From: Spirochaetia bacterium
GTDB taxonomy: Bacteria > Spirochaetota > Spirochaetia > SZUA-6 > Bin103
Length of the DNA stretch: 64,000 nucleotides
Reading direction: 5' to 3'
Assembly (NCBI GenBank): GCA_965208575.1
Contig: CBDBOV010000004.1
Location: 1,024,001 to 1,088,000, forward strand
Shown in pieces: positions 50,560 to 60,775 of this stretch. The notes under the pieces are model-generated. The model was not told where the DNA came from. It saw only the letters and a list, made by a program, of their open reading frames with translations, and did no database searches. The stretch's first letter is position 1. Every line of letters begins with the position of its first letter. Made by a program: the position numbers and the translations under genes.

Positions 50560-50886
50560 GACAGCTCTTCAACGTGCCGACCATCCCGTGGAGCATGGAA
50601 GTGCCCCCCGGCAAGCGCCGCAGCATCGGCGTCCGGTCCGGAGAGCGCCCGAATATATCACCTCGTCACTGCCGCCTTCAACGCCCGCTGCCTGGCACCG
50701 GCAGAGCAGTGAACGCGGTGCGGTGTCCCCAACAGGCGCGGCCGGCCCACTCGCACCGAACGGGATGAGTCCCGCCGGCAGTGGTAATCACCAGGGCATA
50801 TCGTATACCCGCACAATATGCTTGTTTCATAAATACTGATCGTTTGTTAAAATTTGCGTGCTACACTGGGCGAATTGGAGGTGGTT

Positions 50887-52305
50887 GTGGCGGTGTCAGG
50901 CAATCTTCGGGTCATAGCCGTTCAGTCGCGGGTCCTGGGCATCCTGGCGATCGCAGTTGGTCTGCTCGGAGCGTGCGGCGCGTTGGGACCGCCATCGACC
51001 GACGAGACGCCAGCCGCACCGGCAGCGCCCCTGTTGTCCGAGGCAGCGCGACGCCAGGACGGTGTGACGGTGACGTGGACGCCCCCGGCGACCAGCGAGT
51101 CGATCACCGGTTTCGAGTTGCAGTGGCGGTCCCGCACCGACACGGCCTGGACCTCGATCACCGGCATATCGAGTTCCGCTACCAGCCACACGATCGACGG
51201 ACTGCAACCGGACGTTACCTACGAGGTGCGGGTGCGCGCGCTGTTCGCCGCGACCGTTGGCGCCTGGTCCGAGTCGATCACCGTGTCGACCACGGCGGCC
51301 GCGGCGCCCGAGGCACCGTCGCTCGCCGCGCCCATGGCACGCTCGAACAGCATTACGGTGAGGTGGACGGCACCGGCACCGAGCGAGTCGATCGCCGGCT
51401 ACGAGTTGCAGTGGCGGTCCCGCACCGACACGGCCTGGACCTCGATCACCGGCATATCGAGTTCCGCTACCAGCCACACGATCGACGGACTGCAACCGGA
51501 CGTCACCTACGAGGTGCGGGTGCGCGCGCTGTTCGCCACGAGCGTCGGCGCCTGGTCCGCCGTGATGACGGTGCCAACTGCGCCGACGCCCACCGCTCCG
51601 CCGCCGCCATCGCCCACCGCTCCGCCACCGCCATCGCCATCGCCCGCCGCTCCGCCACCGCCGGGCCCGCCCCGGGTTGCACCGAGGGTTTGCCTCACCA
51701 ACACGCATCCGAACAGCATTACGGTGACGTGGACGGCGCCGGCAACCACCAAACCGATCACCGGCTACGAACTGGAGTGGCGGCCCCTCTTCTACTCGAC
51801 AAAGTGGAACGTGATCAGCGGCATTGCGAGCACCGAGAACCGTTTCGCGATCACCGGACTGCGACTGGGGTTCTTCTTTGCCGTAAGGGTACACGTATGG
51901 CACGAGAACGAGGCAGGTCCCTGGTTGGACGGCCGGTGGTGCTCGATTCTCGAGGAAGGCACCACGCCTCGATTCAAGAGCTTCCATGTTGCTGCCTCAG
52001 ACACCCCGGTTTCGGAAGCGGCTGCCGAATACCGCTTCAACATAATCTCCTTCTACAGGCCGGAAGAACACTACCCCGTGATGGTCAAGTATCGCCTGAC
52101 CGAGACCGGTGACATGCTGCATTCGGCGGGCGAGCACACTGCGACACTTTCACGTATGGGCTCCAATTACGTCGTAGTCCGGTTGGTCGACGACGACGTT
52201 GTCGAAGCGGACAGTACGGTTACCGTCACCATCCTTCCCGGTCCCAGGTATCACGTCGGCACACTCAATTCGTATACGTTCACGGTTACCGACGACGATG
52301 ATTGA
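50887..52305 (+). CDS. Fibronectin type III repeat lipoprotein with Pro-rich linker and C-terminal Calx-beta-like domain
   Basis: GGAGG then GTG; lipobox LLGAC; three FN3 units (VTWT.P...ITGYELQW...GL.P...Y.VRVRA...G.WS); [21 protein letters not shown]...VTDDD. Confidence 0.85.
   Translation: MAVSGNLRVIAVQSRVLGILAIAVGLLGACGALGPPSTDETPAAPAAPLLSEAARRQDGVTVTWTPPATSESITGFELQWRSRTDTAWTSITGISSSATSHTIDGLQPDVTYEVRVRALFAATVGAWSESITVSTTAAAAPEAPSLAAPMARSNSITVRWTAPAPSESIAGYELQWRSRTDTAWTSITGISSSATSHTIDGLQPDVTYEVRVRALFATSVGAWSAVMTVPTAPTPTAPPPPSPTAPPPPSPSPAAPPPPGPPRVAPRVCLTNTHPNSITVTWTAPATTKPITGYELEWRPLFYSTKWNVISGIASTENRFAITGLRLGFFFAVRVHVWHENEAGPWLDGRWCSILEEGTTPRFKSFHVAASDTPVSEAAAEYRFNIISFYRPEEHYPVMVKYRLTETGDMLHSAGEHTATLSRMGSNYVVVRLVDDDVVEADSTVTVTILPGPRYHVGTLNSYTFTVTDDDD
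51066..51558 (+). repeat. 288-bp tandem duplication encoding FN3 domains 1 and 2
   Basis: CAGTGGCGGTCCCGCACCGAC at 51121 and 51409; a block of about 135 nt is nearly identical. Confidence 0.9.
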
Positions 52306-52478
52306 CGGTCCCGCGAGCGCGGGCTGCCCGATTCGGGCCGCGTCATCCGCAGGCACGGACCACACCGCGCACGGCCGCGCTTGTCCCGTCCAGCGTCTCG
52401 CCGACGACTGAGTCGGTCTGGTGGACGACCGAGTCTCCTTGCCGAGACGGGTCCGCGCCGCTACTCTGGCGAGCACCA

Positions 52479-53636
52479 ATGCAGCAGCGTGGCAGTTACC
52501 GGTTTACCTCAGAGAGCGTGGGCGAAGGCCACCCCGACAAGTTGTGCGACCAGATTTCCGATGCGGTGGTGGATGCGGCCCTGGCCGAGGACCCCGCCTC
52601 CCGGGTGGCGTGCGAGACGTTCGCCACCACCGGGCTGATCGTGGTCGGCGGCGAGATTCGCACCGGCGGCTCGCCGGACCCGCAGCAGCTCGCGCGCGAG
52701 GTGCTGCGCGATGCCGGCTACGACGACCCGTCGCTGGGCATCGACTACGAGACCTGTGCGGTACTCAACGTCATGCACGCGCAGTCGCCGGACATCGCCC
52801 GCGGGGTGGACGGCGGCGCCGGGAAGCAACAGGGAGCGGGCGACCAGGGGCTGATGTTCGGCTACGCCTGCTCCGACACGCCGCACCTCATGCCGGCGCC
52901 GATCGACTTCGCGCATGCGATCATGCTGCGCGCGGCGCAGGTTCGCAAGAGCGGCCGGCTGCCGTTCCTCGGCCCCGACGGCAAGTGCCAGGTGTCGGTC
53001 CGCTACGAGGCCGGGCGCCCGGCGGCGATAGAGACGGTGGTGCTTTCCCATCAGCACCGCGACGACGTCGGCCACGAGCAACTCAGGGAGGCGCTGGTGG
53101 AAGAGGTGATCAAGGAGGCGCTGCCGGCGGCGATGCTCGACGGCGGCGTGACCTACCTGGTCAACCCGACCGGGCGCTTCGTGGTGGGCGGGCCGCACGG
53201 CGACTCCGGCCTCACCGGGCGCAAGCTGATCGTCGATACCTACGGCGGCAAGGCGCGCCACGGCGGCGGCGCATTCTCCGGCAAGGATCCCTCCAAGGTG
53301 GACCGCTCCGCCGCCTACATGGCGCGCTACGTGGCCAAGAACATCGTCGCCAGCGGGGTGTGCGCCGAGTGCGAGGTACAGATCGCCTATGCCATCGGCG
53401 TGGCGGAACCGGTGTCGCTGTACGTGCACACGTTCGGCACCGCAACCGTCACCGAACAGCGCATCGAAGACGCGGTGCGCGAGCTGTTCGACCTGACCCC
53501 AGCCGGCATCATCGCCCGGCTCGACCTGGCCCGGCCGATCTACCGGCGCACCGCCAGCTACGGCCACTTCGGACGCGACGGGTTCTCGTGGGAACGCACC
53601 GACCGCGCCGCTGCGATTCGGGACGCCGTGTCTTGA
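52479..53636 (+). CDS. metK: S-adenosylmethionine synthetase
   Basis: [68 protein letters not shown]. Confidence 0.96.
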   Translation: MQQRGSYRFTSESVGEGHPDKLCDQISDAVVDAALAEDPASRVACETFATTGLIVVGGEIRTGGSPDPQQLAREVLRDAGYDDPSLGIDYETCAVLNVMHAQSPDIARGVDGGAGKQQGAGDQGLMFGYACSDTPHLMPAPIDFAHAIMLRAAQVRKSGRLPFLGPDGKCQVSVRYEAGRPAAIETVVLSHQHRDDVGHEQLREALVEEVIKEALPAAMLDGGVTYLVNPTGRFVVGGPHGDSGLTGRKLIVDTYGGKARHGGGAFSGKDPSKVDRSAAYMARYVAKNIVASGVCAECEVQIAYAIGVAEPVSLYVHTFGTATVTEQRIEDAVRELFDLTPAGIIARLDLARPIYRRTASYGHFGRDGFSWERTDRAAAIRDAVS

Positions 53637-53769
53637 TCCGGCGGTCGCACGCATGACGGCGTATCGTCGGGCCGCGGCGCAGCGCCCCGGCTCGCGGCGT
53701 TCGCCGGCGCTCGCCGGCCGGCGCGGTGGGTGAGCACCGGGGCGCCGGCGACGGCCGGACCGACCGTCG

Positions 53770-54315
53770 GTGACGGCGCCCGCAGCGGCCCTGGAGCGCC
53801 GGCAGCGGGCGCTGGCACTGCTGGCCGCGGCGGCGCTGTTCCTGGCCTCGGTCGAGTACGTCATTCCGAAACCGGTGCCGTTCCTGAAGCTGGGGCTGGC
53901 AAACCTGCCGGTCCTGGTCGCGCTGACGGTGATGGGGCCGCGCGACGTGCTCACCCTGGTGGCGCTGAAAGTGGTTGGCCAGGGCATTGTCCAGGGCACC
54001 CTGTTCTCCTACATCGTGCTGTTTTCCGCCGCCGGCTCGCTGGCGAGCGCGCTGGTCATGCTGCTGCTGTACCACGGTGCCGGCCGCTATATCTCGCTGG
54101 TGGGGGTGAGCATCATGGGCGCCCTGGCGAGCAACCTGGCGCAGGTCGCGGCGGCGCGCCTGATCATCTTCGGAGAGAGCGCGTGGCTGATCGCACCCGC
54201 TTTCCTGATTACCGGCACCGTCGCCGCGCTGCTGCTCGGACTGTTCGCCGAGCGGTTCGTGGCACGCTCGCGGTGGCTGCGGGAGTTCCGGCAGATGTGC
54301 GCGCCGGCGCCGTAA
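53770..54315 (+). CDS. Gx transporter family (heptaprenyl diphosphate synthase component I-like) membrane protein
   Basis: VEYVIPKPVPFLKLGLANL, SLVGVSIMGALASNLAQ. Confidence 0.82.
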   Translation: MTAPAAALERRQRALALLAAAALFLASVEYVIPKPVPFLKLGLANLPVLVALTVMGPRDVLTLVALKVVGQGIVQGTLFSYIVLFSAAGSLASALVMLLLYHGAGRYISLVGVSIMGALASNLAQVAAARLIIFGESAWLIAPAFLITGTVAALLLGLFAERFVARSRWLREFRQMCAPAP

Positions 54316-54339
54316 CGCGCGGGCGATCGAGCGGCGCGG

Positions 54340-55338
54340 CTACCAGCCCGCGGTGCCGAGCGGATCGGTCGGATCCAGGCTCCATTGCGCCTGCCCCATT
54401 ACCCACGCCGACCCGGTGAGGCGCGGCTGGATCGCCGCCAGCGGCCCCACGGCCGTTTCCGCCACGATGCGCCCGGTAAACTCGCCGCCGGCGATGCCCT
54501 CGTTGCGGAACGGCTCGCCCACCGCCAGCTCGCCGCGGGCATGCAGCATTGCCATGCGCCCGCAGGTGCCGGTGCCGCACGGCGAGCGGTCGTAGAAGGT
54601 GTCGCTTTCCACCACCACGTTGCACTGATCCGCCGCCGGGTCGGCGCGCGGCGCGCCGTAGAAAGACACCCCGATCAGCGCGCGCGCAACCTGGGGATGC
54701 AACGGGTGCTCCACCTCGGCGACGCTGTTGCGAGCCTCCTTGATGGCATTGCCGAGGCGCATCAGCTCCGCCAGGTTGGCAGCGTCGATCGGCTGTCCGA
54801 TGGCGGCGGCGTCCACGTAGAGGTACCAGTTGCCGCCGAACGCGACGTCGCCGCGCACCTCCCCCAGCCCCGGCACGTCGACGCTGACATCGCGCTCGAA
54901 CAGGAACGCGGGCACGCTGTCGAAGCTTACCGACGCGACGCGCCGCCCGTCCCAGCGCGCTTCGGCGGTGACCACGCCGGCGGGTGTCTCCAGGCGCACG
55001 GGCCGGTCGCGCGGCAGGCGCCCGCTCTGGCACAGCGCGGTTACCACGCCGATGGTGCCGTGGCCGCACATGTCGTCGTACCCCACCTGGCTGGCGAACA
55101 CCACCCCGACGTCGGCTACCTGCGACGGCACCACGTAGGCCGCGTACATCGCCAGGTGGCCGCGCGGCTCTCGGCACAGAAAGGTGCGCAGGTGGTCGTA
55201 TTCGCTGCGTGCGCAGGCGCGCTGCGCGGCGACACTGCCACCCGCAAACGAGGGCAGCCCGTCCAACACCACCCGCGTGGGGTGGCCGCAGGTGTGGGTC
55301 TCGATGGTCGCGAGGCAGGTAGTCGTCATCGGTGTCAT
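54340..55338 (-). CDS. Proline racemase / hydroxyproline epimerase family protein
   Basis: ETHTCGHPTR, EPRGH, MCGHGTIG, ETPAG, FGGNWY, DRSPCGTGT; Cys/Cys catalytic pair. Confidence 0.9.
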   Translation of the reverse strand: MTPMTTTCLATIETHTCGHPTRVVLDGLPSFAGGSVAAQRACARSEYDHLRTFLCREPRGHLAMYAAYVVPSQVADVGVVFASQVGYDDMCGHGTIGVVTALCQSGRLPRDRPVRLETPAGVVTAEARWDGRRVASVSFDSVPAFLFERDVSVDVPGLGEVRGDVAFGGNWYLYVDAAAIGQPIDAANLAELMRLGNAIKEARNSVAEVEHPLHPQVARALIGVSFYGAPRADPAADQCNVVVESDTFYDRSPCGTGTCGRMAMLHARGELAVGEPFRNEGIAGGEFTGRIVAETAVGPLAAIQPRLTGSAWVMGQAQWSLDPTDPLGTAGW

Positions 55339-55606
55339 GGGCGCGCGGACATTGTGGCGTGACCCGAGAGCGCTCGGCAACCGCGACGCACCGCGTTGTG
55401 GCGTCGTCGCGTTGTGGCGTCGTCGCGTCACCACGGCGCCGGGTGTGAACGCCGGCGCTCGGCTCGGGCACCGGCGCCGGCGCGCAGGGCGCCAACCTCT
55501 CGGTGCGTGCGCCCAACCCTGGGCCGGCGGTCCGCGCCCGGCGTTGCCGGCGGGTGCGCACGGCGGGAGCGCACTGCGTTCGGGCCGGCTCCGGCGCCGC
55601 GGCCGG

Positions 55607-56932
55607 TCAGCCGCCGACAGCGCGCTCGGCGGAACGCGGCGGGCGTGCGCTCAGCAGCAGCAGGGTGCTGAGCGCGCTCATCGCCAGCACGATGATCCAC
55701 GACACGCGGTAGGTTCCCGTGACATCGCGCAGGGCGCCGGCGATCGGTGCGCCCAACCCGCCGGCAAGCACCGTGATCGGCAGCACCACCCCGCGGATGG
55801 TGCCGACGAACCGCCAGCCGAAGTACTGCGCCCATATCACCCCCTGTACCACCATGTTGAACCCGATCGCGGCGCCGAACAGCATGACCGACGCGAACAG
55901 CACCGGCGGCCACGCTTCGCCGATGAGCATCAGCGACAGCGCCAGGCAGAACAGCGTGCCCGAAATCGCGCCGAGCAACCGCGCCGCCAGCCGCTCCACC
56001 ACGAATCCGCCGGCCAGCGCGGTCGCCATGGCGACCGTGGCGTCGACTCCGAACGCTACCGACACGGTGGCCGGGCTGAAGCCCAGCTCGACCCAGTGCG
56101 GAACGCGGTGCACGCTCGCCGCGCCGAGCATGAAGGCAAGGCTGGCGAAGGCCGCCGTGAGCTGCCACATGGCCGTGGTGCGGGAAGCCCCCGCCATGGT
56201 CCAGCGCGGATCGTCATCCGCCGGCGGCGCAGCGCGCGGCACCTGGCCCGAGGCGCCATCCATGCGCGGCGCGCGGCGGCGCGGCGGCCCGCCATCCGCG
56301 GCCAGGCCCAGGTCACCCGGTTGACGGCGCAGCAGCACGACCAGCGGAACCACGGCGGCCGACAGCCACGCCAGGGTCACCAGCGCCGACCGCCAGCCGT
56401 GGCGGTCGATCAGCGCCTGCGTCAACGGCAGCAGCAGCGCCCCGCCCACGCCCAGTCCCAGTTGCACGATCCCGGTGGCCCGGCCGCGCAGCCGCACGAA
56501 CCACTTGGACACCGGCACGGTGGCGATCAGGGCGCCGCCGCCTGGCGCCGTCCAGCCGCTCGCCCCCAGTGCCAGCAACACGCCGAACAGGACCGCCGGC
56601 GACTGCGCGCGCGACAGGATCAGCAGTCCGCCCACCGCGGCGACCGCCGCCACCAGCACGGGGCCGCGCGGCCCGTAACGGTCCAGCCAGCGGCCGATCA
56701 CGATGCCGCTCAACCCGCCCGCCCACATGCGCGCCGTCTGCGCCCAGCCGATCATCTGGCGCGACATGCCGAGCTCGTCGCTGATCGGTATCACGAACAG
56801 GCCGAAGTTGAGCGTGCCGCTCGCCTGGCCGAGCATGTTGAACACGAAGAATGCGCCGACCATGACCCAACCGTAGAAGATGCCCCGGCTCTCGCCGGGG
56901 CCGGCGGCGCTCGGCGCGCGGTTCAGTGGCAA
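55607..56932 (-). CDS. MFS transporter
   Basis: IFYGWVMV, GRWLDRYGPR, KWFVRLRGRATGI, HGWR; about 12 hydrophobic segments; start approximate. Confidence 0.88.
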   Translation of the reverse strand: MPLNRAPSAAGPGESRGIFYGWVMVGAFFVFNMLGQASGTLNFGLFVIPISDELGMSRQMIGWAQTARMWAGGLSGIVIGRWLDRYGPRGPVLVAAVAAVGGLLILSRAQSPAVLFGVLLALGASGWTAPGGGALIATVPVSKWFVRLRGRATGIVQLGLGVGGALLLPLTQALIDRHGWRSALVTLAWLSAAVVPLVVLLRRQPGDLGLAADGGPPRRRAPRMDGASGQVPRAAPPADDDPRWTMAGASRTTAMWQLTAAFASLAFMLGAASVHRVPHWVELGFSPATVSVAFGVDATVAMATALAGGFVVERLAARLLGAISGTLFCLALSLMLIGEAWPPVLFASVMLFGAAIGFNMVVQGVIWAQYFGWRFVGTIRGVVLPITVLAGGLGAPIAGALRDVTGTYRVSWIIVLAMSALSTLLLLSARPPRSAERAVGG

Positions 56933-58212
56933 GCCGGTCTCGCCGCCGCTCGCCGCGAGCGCACCTCGGTGGAGGAGATGTCGCGCCGAAACAGTGCTTC
57001 CGGCAGTTCGCGGAACAGGCCGCGGTGTGCCGCCGGAATGCGCGGCGCGAGGTCGCGCAACGTGAGGTAGCGCTCGCCACTGCGGCGGCCGGCCACCAGC
57101 AGGCCGCACCCGCGCTCCGCCAGGTCCGCGAGCGCCGTGTCCAGGTTGTCGGCGGAGCCGCCGTAGAAGCGCTTGTCGACCAGGCGCTCCGCGGTATCCG
57201 CTCCGACCACGAACACGGCGCCGGGAAACAGCGCCGCCTTGTCGGCAAACAGCGCCGCGCGGCTCAGCACCACCGGCGCGCGTGCCGCGAACTGCGCCGC
57301 GCGGTGCTGCGCCTCGGACAGCGAGATCGGCGCCTTGTCGGCGTTCACCAGCGGCAGTTCGTACACCACCTGCCGGCCGAGGAACGAAGCTGCCGCCTTA
57401 CCCAGCGCCAGGTGGCCGCCGTGCAGCGGATAGTACGCGCCCGACAGCAGCGCCTTGCCGCGCCAGTCGCCCGGCGCCGGCGCCACTTGCGCCGCGGCGT
57501 TCAGCATCACCCAGTCGCGGCTTCCGGACTCGAGGGCGGCGAATGGCTCGGAAGGGTGAAACTCGCGGCGCACGTCCGCTCCCGATGCGGCGGCAAACTG
57601 CTCGGCCACGCCACCGGTATCGACACCGCACGCTGACGCCAGTTCCGCCACCAGCATTGCGCTGGCCGCGGCCTCCTGCTGCTGCCTGACCGCCGCCTGG
57701 CGGCTCGCCGCGGCGCAGTCGGCCGGATCAGGCGCACCGACCGGTCCCTGCCGCTCGGCCGAACCGACCGGTTCGTTCCTTCCACTCGCATCGGCCGCCG
57801 CCGCGAACGTCAGCTTGCTGACCGAGGTGCCAAACGCATCGGCGACCGCCACGTAGGCACGGTCGGCGCCGCGCCTCCGCCGGTCGGTCGCGAGCGCCGC
57901 GGTGCAGGCGGCTCCGAGCACCGGCGTTTCCGCACCGGCAAGTCCACGGGCCCGGACCAGCGCCGCTGCCGCCATGGCGCTGGCGGCGGCGCCGCTGACC
58001 ACTGACGCCGGCACCGCGCCGAGCAGGTCGGCCAGCGACGCGCGGCAGTACCGGTCGGTGGCCTCCAGCACCGTGCGCGAGGAACCCGGCACGGCGTGCA
58101 GCCAACTCAACGCGAGCGTACCGCCGGCCACCTCGATCACCGCCTGGTGCGGCGTCGCATGCAGCCGGCGCACCAGGTCCGCGACCGCGTCCAGGTACGC
58201 ATCCCGGTTCAA
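56923..58212 (-). CDS. CinA-like domain fused to an HxGH nucleotidyltransferase (NMN adenylyltransferase-like)
   Basis: VPGSSRTVLEA, CTAALATDR.RRG; SGAYYPLHGGH, NADK, FVVGADTAERL, DISSTEVR. Confidence 0.7.
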   Translation of the reverse strand: MNRDAYLDAVADLVRRLHATPHQAVIEVAGGTLALSWLHAVPGSSRTVLEATDRYCRASLADLLGAVPASVVSGAAASAMAAAALVRARGLAGAETPVLGAACTAALATDRRRRGADRAYVAVADAFGTSVSKLTFAAAADASGRNEPVGSAERQGPVGAPDPADCAAASRQAAVRQQQEAAASAMLVAELASACGVDTGGVAEQFAAASGADVRREFHPSEPFAALESGSRDWVMLNAAAQVAPAPGDWRGKALLSGAYYPLHGGHLALGKAAASFLGRQVVYELPLVNADKAPISLSEAQHRAAQFAARAPVVLSRAALFADKAALFPGAVFVVGADTAERLVDKRFYGGSADNLDTALADLAERGCGLLVAGRRSGERYLTLRDLAPRIPAAHRGLFRELPEALFRRDISSTEVRSRRAAARPACH

Positions 58213-58242
58213 GAGGCGGCTCAGCGTGAGTCCGGCAGGTTC

Positions 58243-59142
58243 TCAGGCGGCCGGCGCACCGGCCGCGGCGGCTGCATCCGCATCGGCCGGATGCGCGTCG
58301 AGCCAGTCGCGCAGCGGCACGTCGCCCGGCTTCGGCGAGGTGTAGCCGTGGCCGCCGCTCGGGCTCGTGCCGAGCAACTGCCGCCGGATCGGGTCGCTGT
58401 GTTCCAGGTAGTGCTCCACGGTCATGTCGTCGCGCGGGCGCAGCCAGCGGTAGCTGTATCCGTAGAACAGCACCTTGCGCGGGAAGTCGGCGTAATTCTC
58501 GGTGCCGGTGTGCCAGATGCGCCGGTCGAACAGCACGATGCCGCCGCGCGGCACCAGCACCTCGGTGGCGCCGGGCGGATCGACGTCGCGGTGCTCGCGG
58601 TCCACCAGCGCATCCGTAAGGTGGCTGCCCGGCACGGCGCCGAAGTTGCCGCGCCCCTTCACGCTGCAATCGGTCAGGAAAAACGCCACCTTCAGCGACA
58701 CGCGCGGGCGCGGGTGCGACTCCAGCTCCGCGTTGAGCCGGTCGCTGTCCTGGTGCCAGCCGCGGGTCCCCGGCGGCGCTCCCTGCCCGGCCCCCGGACT
58801 CACCATCATGTGGGTGTGGTAGATCTGGATGTTCCAACCCAGAATATCCACCACCTTCGGAAAGCTGGCCGGCCAGTCGACCAGGTCCAGGAACCGGTCG
58901 TCCTTGCCGAGGAAGTCGAACATGTTGATCTTGTCCAGCTCGGTAACCCCGCGCGCGGCGCGCTCGCCGGCCCACACCGTGTCGAACGCCTCCTCCAGGC
59001 CGTCGGTCACCGCGTCCGGGAGCACCTCGTCGAGAATCATGTAGCCGTCGCGTCCGAACGCCTCGCCCTCGGCAGGGGTCAGACGATAGTCGAGCCAAGT
59101 GCCGCTCGCGGCTCGTTGGTTGAGCGAAACTGCTTCAGTCAT
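58243..59142 (-). CDS. Phytanoyl-CoA dioxygenase (PhyH) family Fe(II)/2OG enzyme
   Basis: FGRDGY, GWHQD, KVAFFLTD, VPGSH, FDRRIWH, R..LFYGY. Confidence 0.9.
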   Translation of the reverse strand: MTEAVSLNQRAASGTWLDYRLTPAEGEAFGRDGYMILDEVLPDAVTDGLEEAFDTVWAGERAARGVTELDKINMFDFLGKDDRFLDLVDWPASFPKVVDILGWNIQIYHTHMMVSPGAGQGAPPGTRGWHQDSDRLNAELESHPRPRVSLKVAFFLTDCSVKGRGNFGAVPGSHLTDALVDREHRDVDPPGATEVLVPRGGIVLFDRRIWHTGTENYADFPRKVLFYGYSYRWLRPRDDMTVEHYLEHSDPIRRQLLGTSPSGGHGYTSPKPGDVPLRDWLDAHPADADAAAAAGAPAA

Positions 59143-59152
59143 GGCCACCTCC

Positions 59153-60076
59153 TCAGCCAAGCGCCCGGTCGAACAGGTTGCGCGTATCCAGACCCGTGTT
59201 GGCCGCTTCGCCGTACGCGTGGCGGAACAGCGACCGGCGCTTCCGGGGCATCGCGTCGAGCAACTCGCGCGGCGGCTCCCACCAGTGAAAGCGGCTGCCA
59301 ATGCCGTTGTACTGGTTGAAGATCGCCAGGCGCGGCACCTCCGGGTTGGTCCACGGACGCGCGCTGTGGGTGGTCGCCTCGCTGAAGAAGATCACCGAGC
59401 CGGCCGGACAGGAGTAGGTGCTCCACAGCGGCGAGTGCTGGTCGTAGATCGACGGCGGCAGCGTGTACGCCGCCTTGTGGCTGCCGGACACGAACAGCGT
59501 GCCGCCGTCCTGCTCCTGCACCGGATTGAGTTCCCAGACGCAGCGCGTCAGCCCCGAGTACGCCTTGCCGGGAATGGCGCGGTACTCGTGCGAGTTGCCG
59601 GGCAGCCGCCACACGCCGTTGCCGTTGTGCGGGCCGAACGTGCCCTGCCCCACGCCGCGGTAGAACAGGAAGCTGGTCTCGAACCGAAACCCGTAGTGAT
59701 CGTCCCCGTCGAGCCGGTGGTAGGCCAGGAACTCGTTGCAGAATCCGACCACCACCGGGTGATCGAGCAGCTTCTCGAGCGGGCCGGCGATCGGGGTGCG
59801 CCGGTGTTCCGGCAGCGACTCGGGCCGATCCTTGAGCCGATGGCAGAAGGCCCGCATCTCCTCCAGCTCCGCCTCGTCGAGCAGGCCGGGGATGCACAGC
59901 CAGCCCTGGGTGTCGAAGGTGAACTTCTGCTCCTCGGTGAGGGGAATGACCGGCGCACCGTCGGCATTGGTGGCGCTCAACTGCCGCGACTCCGGGCGCA
60001 GATTGCCGAAGTTGTCCCAATTGTCGTCGAACACGAATGGCGCCGTGCCATCGGCCGTGAAGGTGGACTGTCCCAT
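59153..60076 (-). CDS. PhyH-family Fe(II)/2OG enzyme with non-canonical HxG motif
   Basis: EEQKFTFDTQGWL, LLDHP, PHNG, DGGTLFVSGSHK, PAGSVIFFSEATTH, R.AIFNQY. Confidence 0.82.
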   Translation of the reverse strand: MGQSTFTADGTAPFVFDDNWDNFGNLRPESRQLSATNADGAPVIPLTEEQKFTFDTQGWLCIPGLLDEAELEEMRAFCHRLKDRPESLPEHRRTPIAGPLEKLLDHPVVVGFCNEFLAYHRLDGDDHYGFRFETSFLFYRGVGQGTFGPHNGNGVWRLPGNSHEYRAIPGKAYSGLTRCVWELNPVQEQDGGTLFVSGSHKAAYTLPPSIYDQHSPLWSTYSCPAGSVIFFSEATTHSARPWTNPEVPRLAIFNQYNGIGSRFHWWEPPRELLDAMPRKRRSLFRHAYGEAANTGLDTRNLFDRALG

Positions 60077-60775
60077 GACGCCTCATTCTGCGCCGCCCGG
60101 CCCGCACTAGCAAGTACTCCCACGCCGCCGTACGGGCTGCAACACCGGGTGGTCAGCAGAAGGCCGGCTTCCTTGCCAGCCGCCGCCGGCGAGGGCGCCT
60201 ATTGCCTCACGTAAAAATCTAACCTTACGGTGAGCGTGCCTCACGTAAGAATCTAACCGAAAGGGAGGCGGAGAACGAGGGGGGAGCGCGAGGGGGGAGA
60301 CTCATAAATTGTGGATAAGTGGATAGGCTGCTGGGCGACCGGCCGGGTTGATTCAAGCACACCAACGCGACCGGGGGCGTATCTGGTTGGTCGGCGCGGA
60401 TGAGGAGGCGTCAACGGCAGGGAGGTGGTCGGTGCCGTGTCGTGTCGCTGACCGAAGAGGGGGCGGACGGGTCTGGAGGCGACTTCGGTGCTGGTGACAC
60501 GGGGATGTCCAGACACCACCTCGTGTCGCGGAGAGGCCTTACAGCGCGGCTGAGGCGACATTTCTTGACGCCGACCGTCTGGCTCACGGATATACGGGCG
60601 TCAGAGACGCTCAGAAGTCATTTGCCGAGCCGGGTGATGCCGCCCACGCCGCGAGCGGCGCGCAGGTTGCTGCGGAGCGCACGGAGCGAGGCGCCCCGGA
60701 CAACTGCACCGAGGTGCGTTGCCCGGGGCAGGGTCATGACAATTCCCCACCGCCGGGACGGGGTAGGCGACGAGG

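Noticed and set aside
51066-51930. DGR template/variable repeat pair among the FN3 repeats
   Set aside because: Differences between repeats are not adenine-specific and there is no reverse transcriptase in the window.
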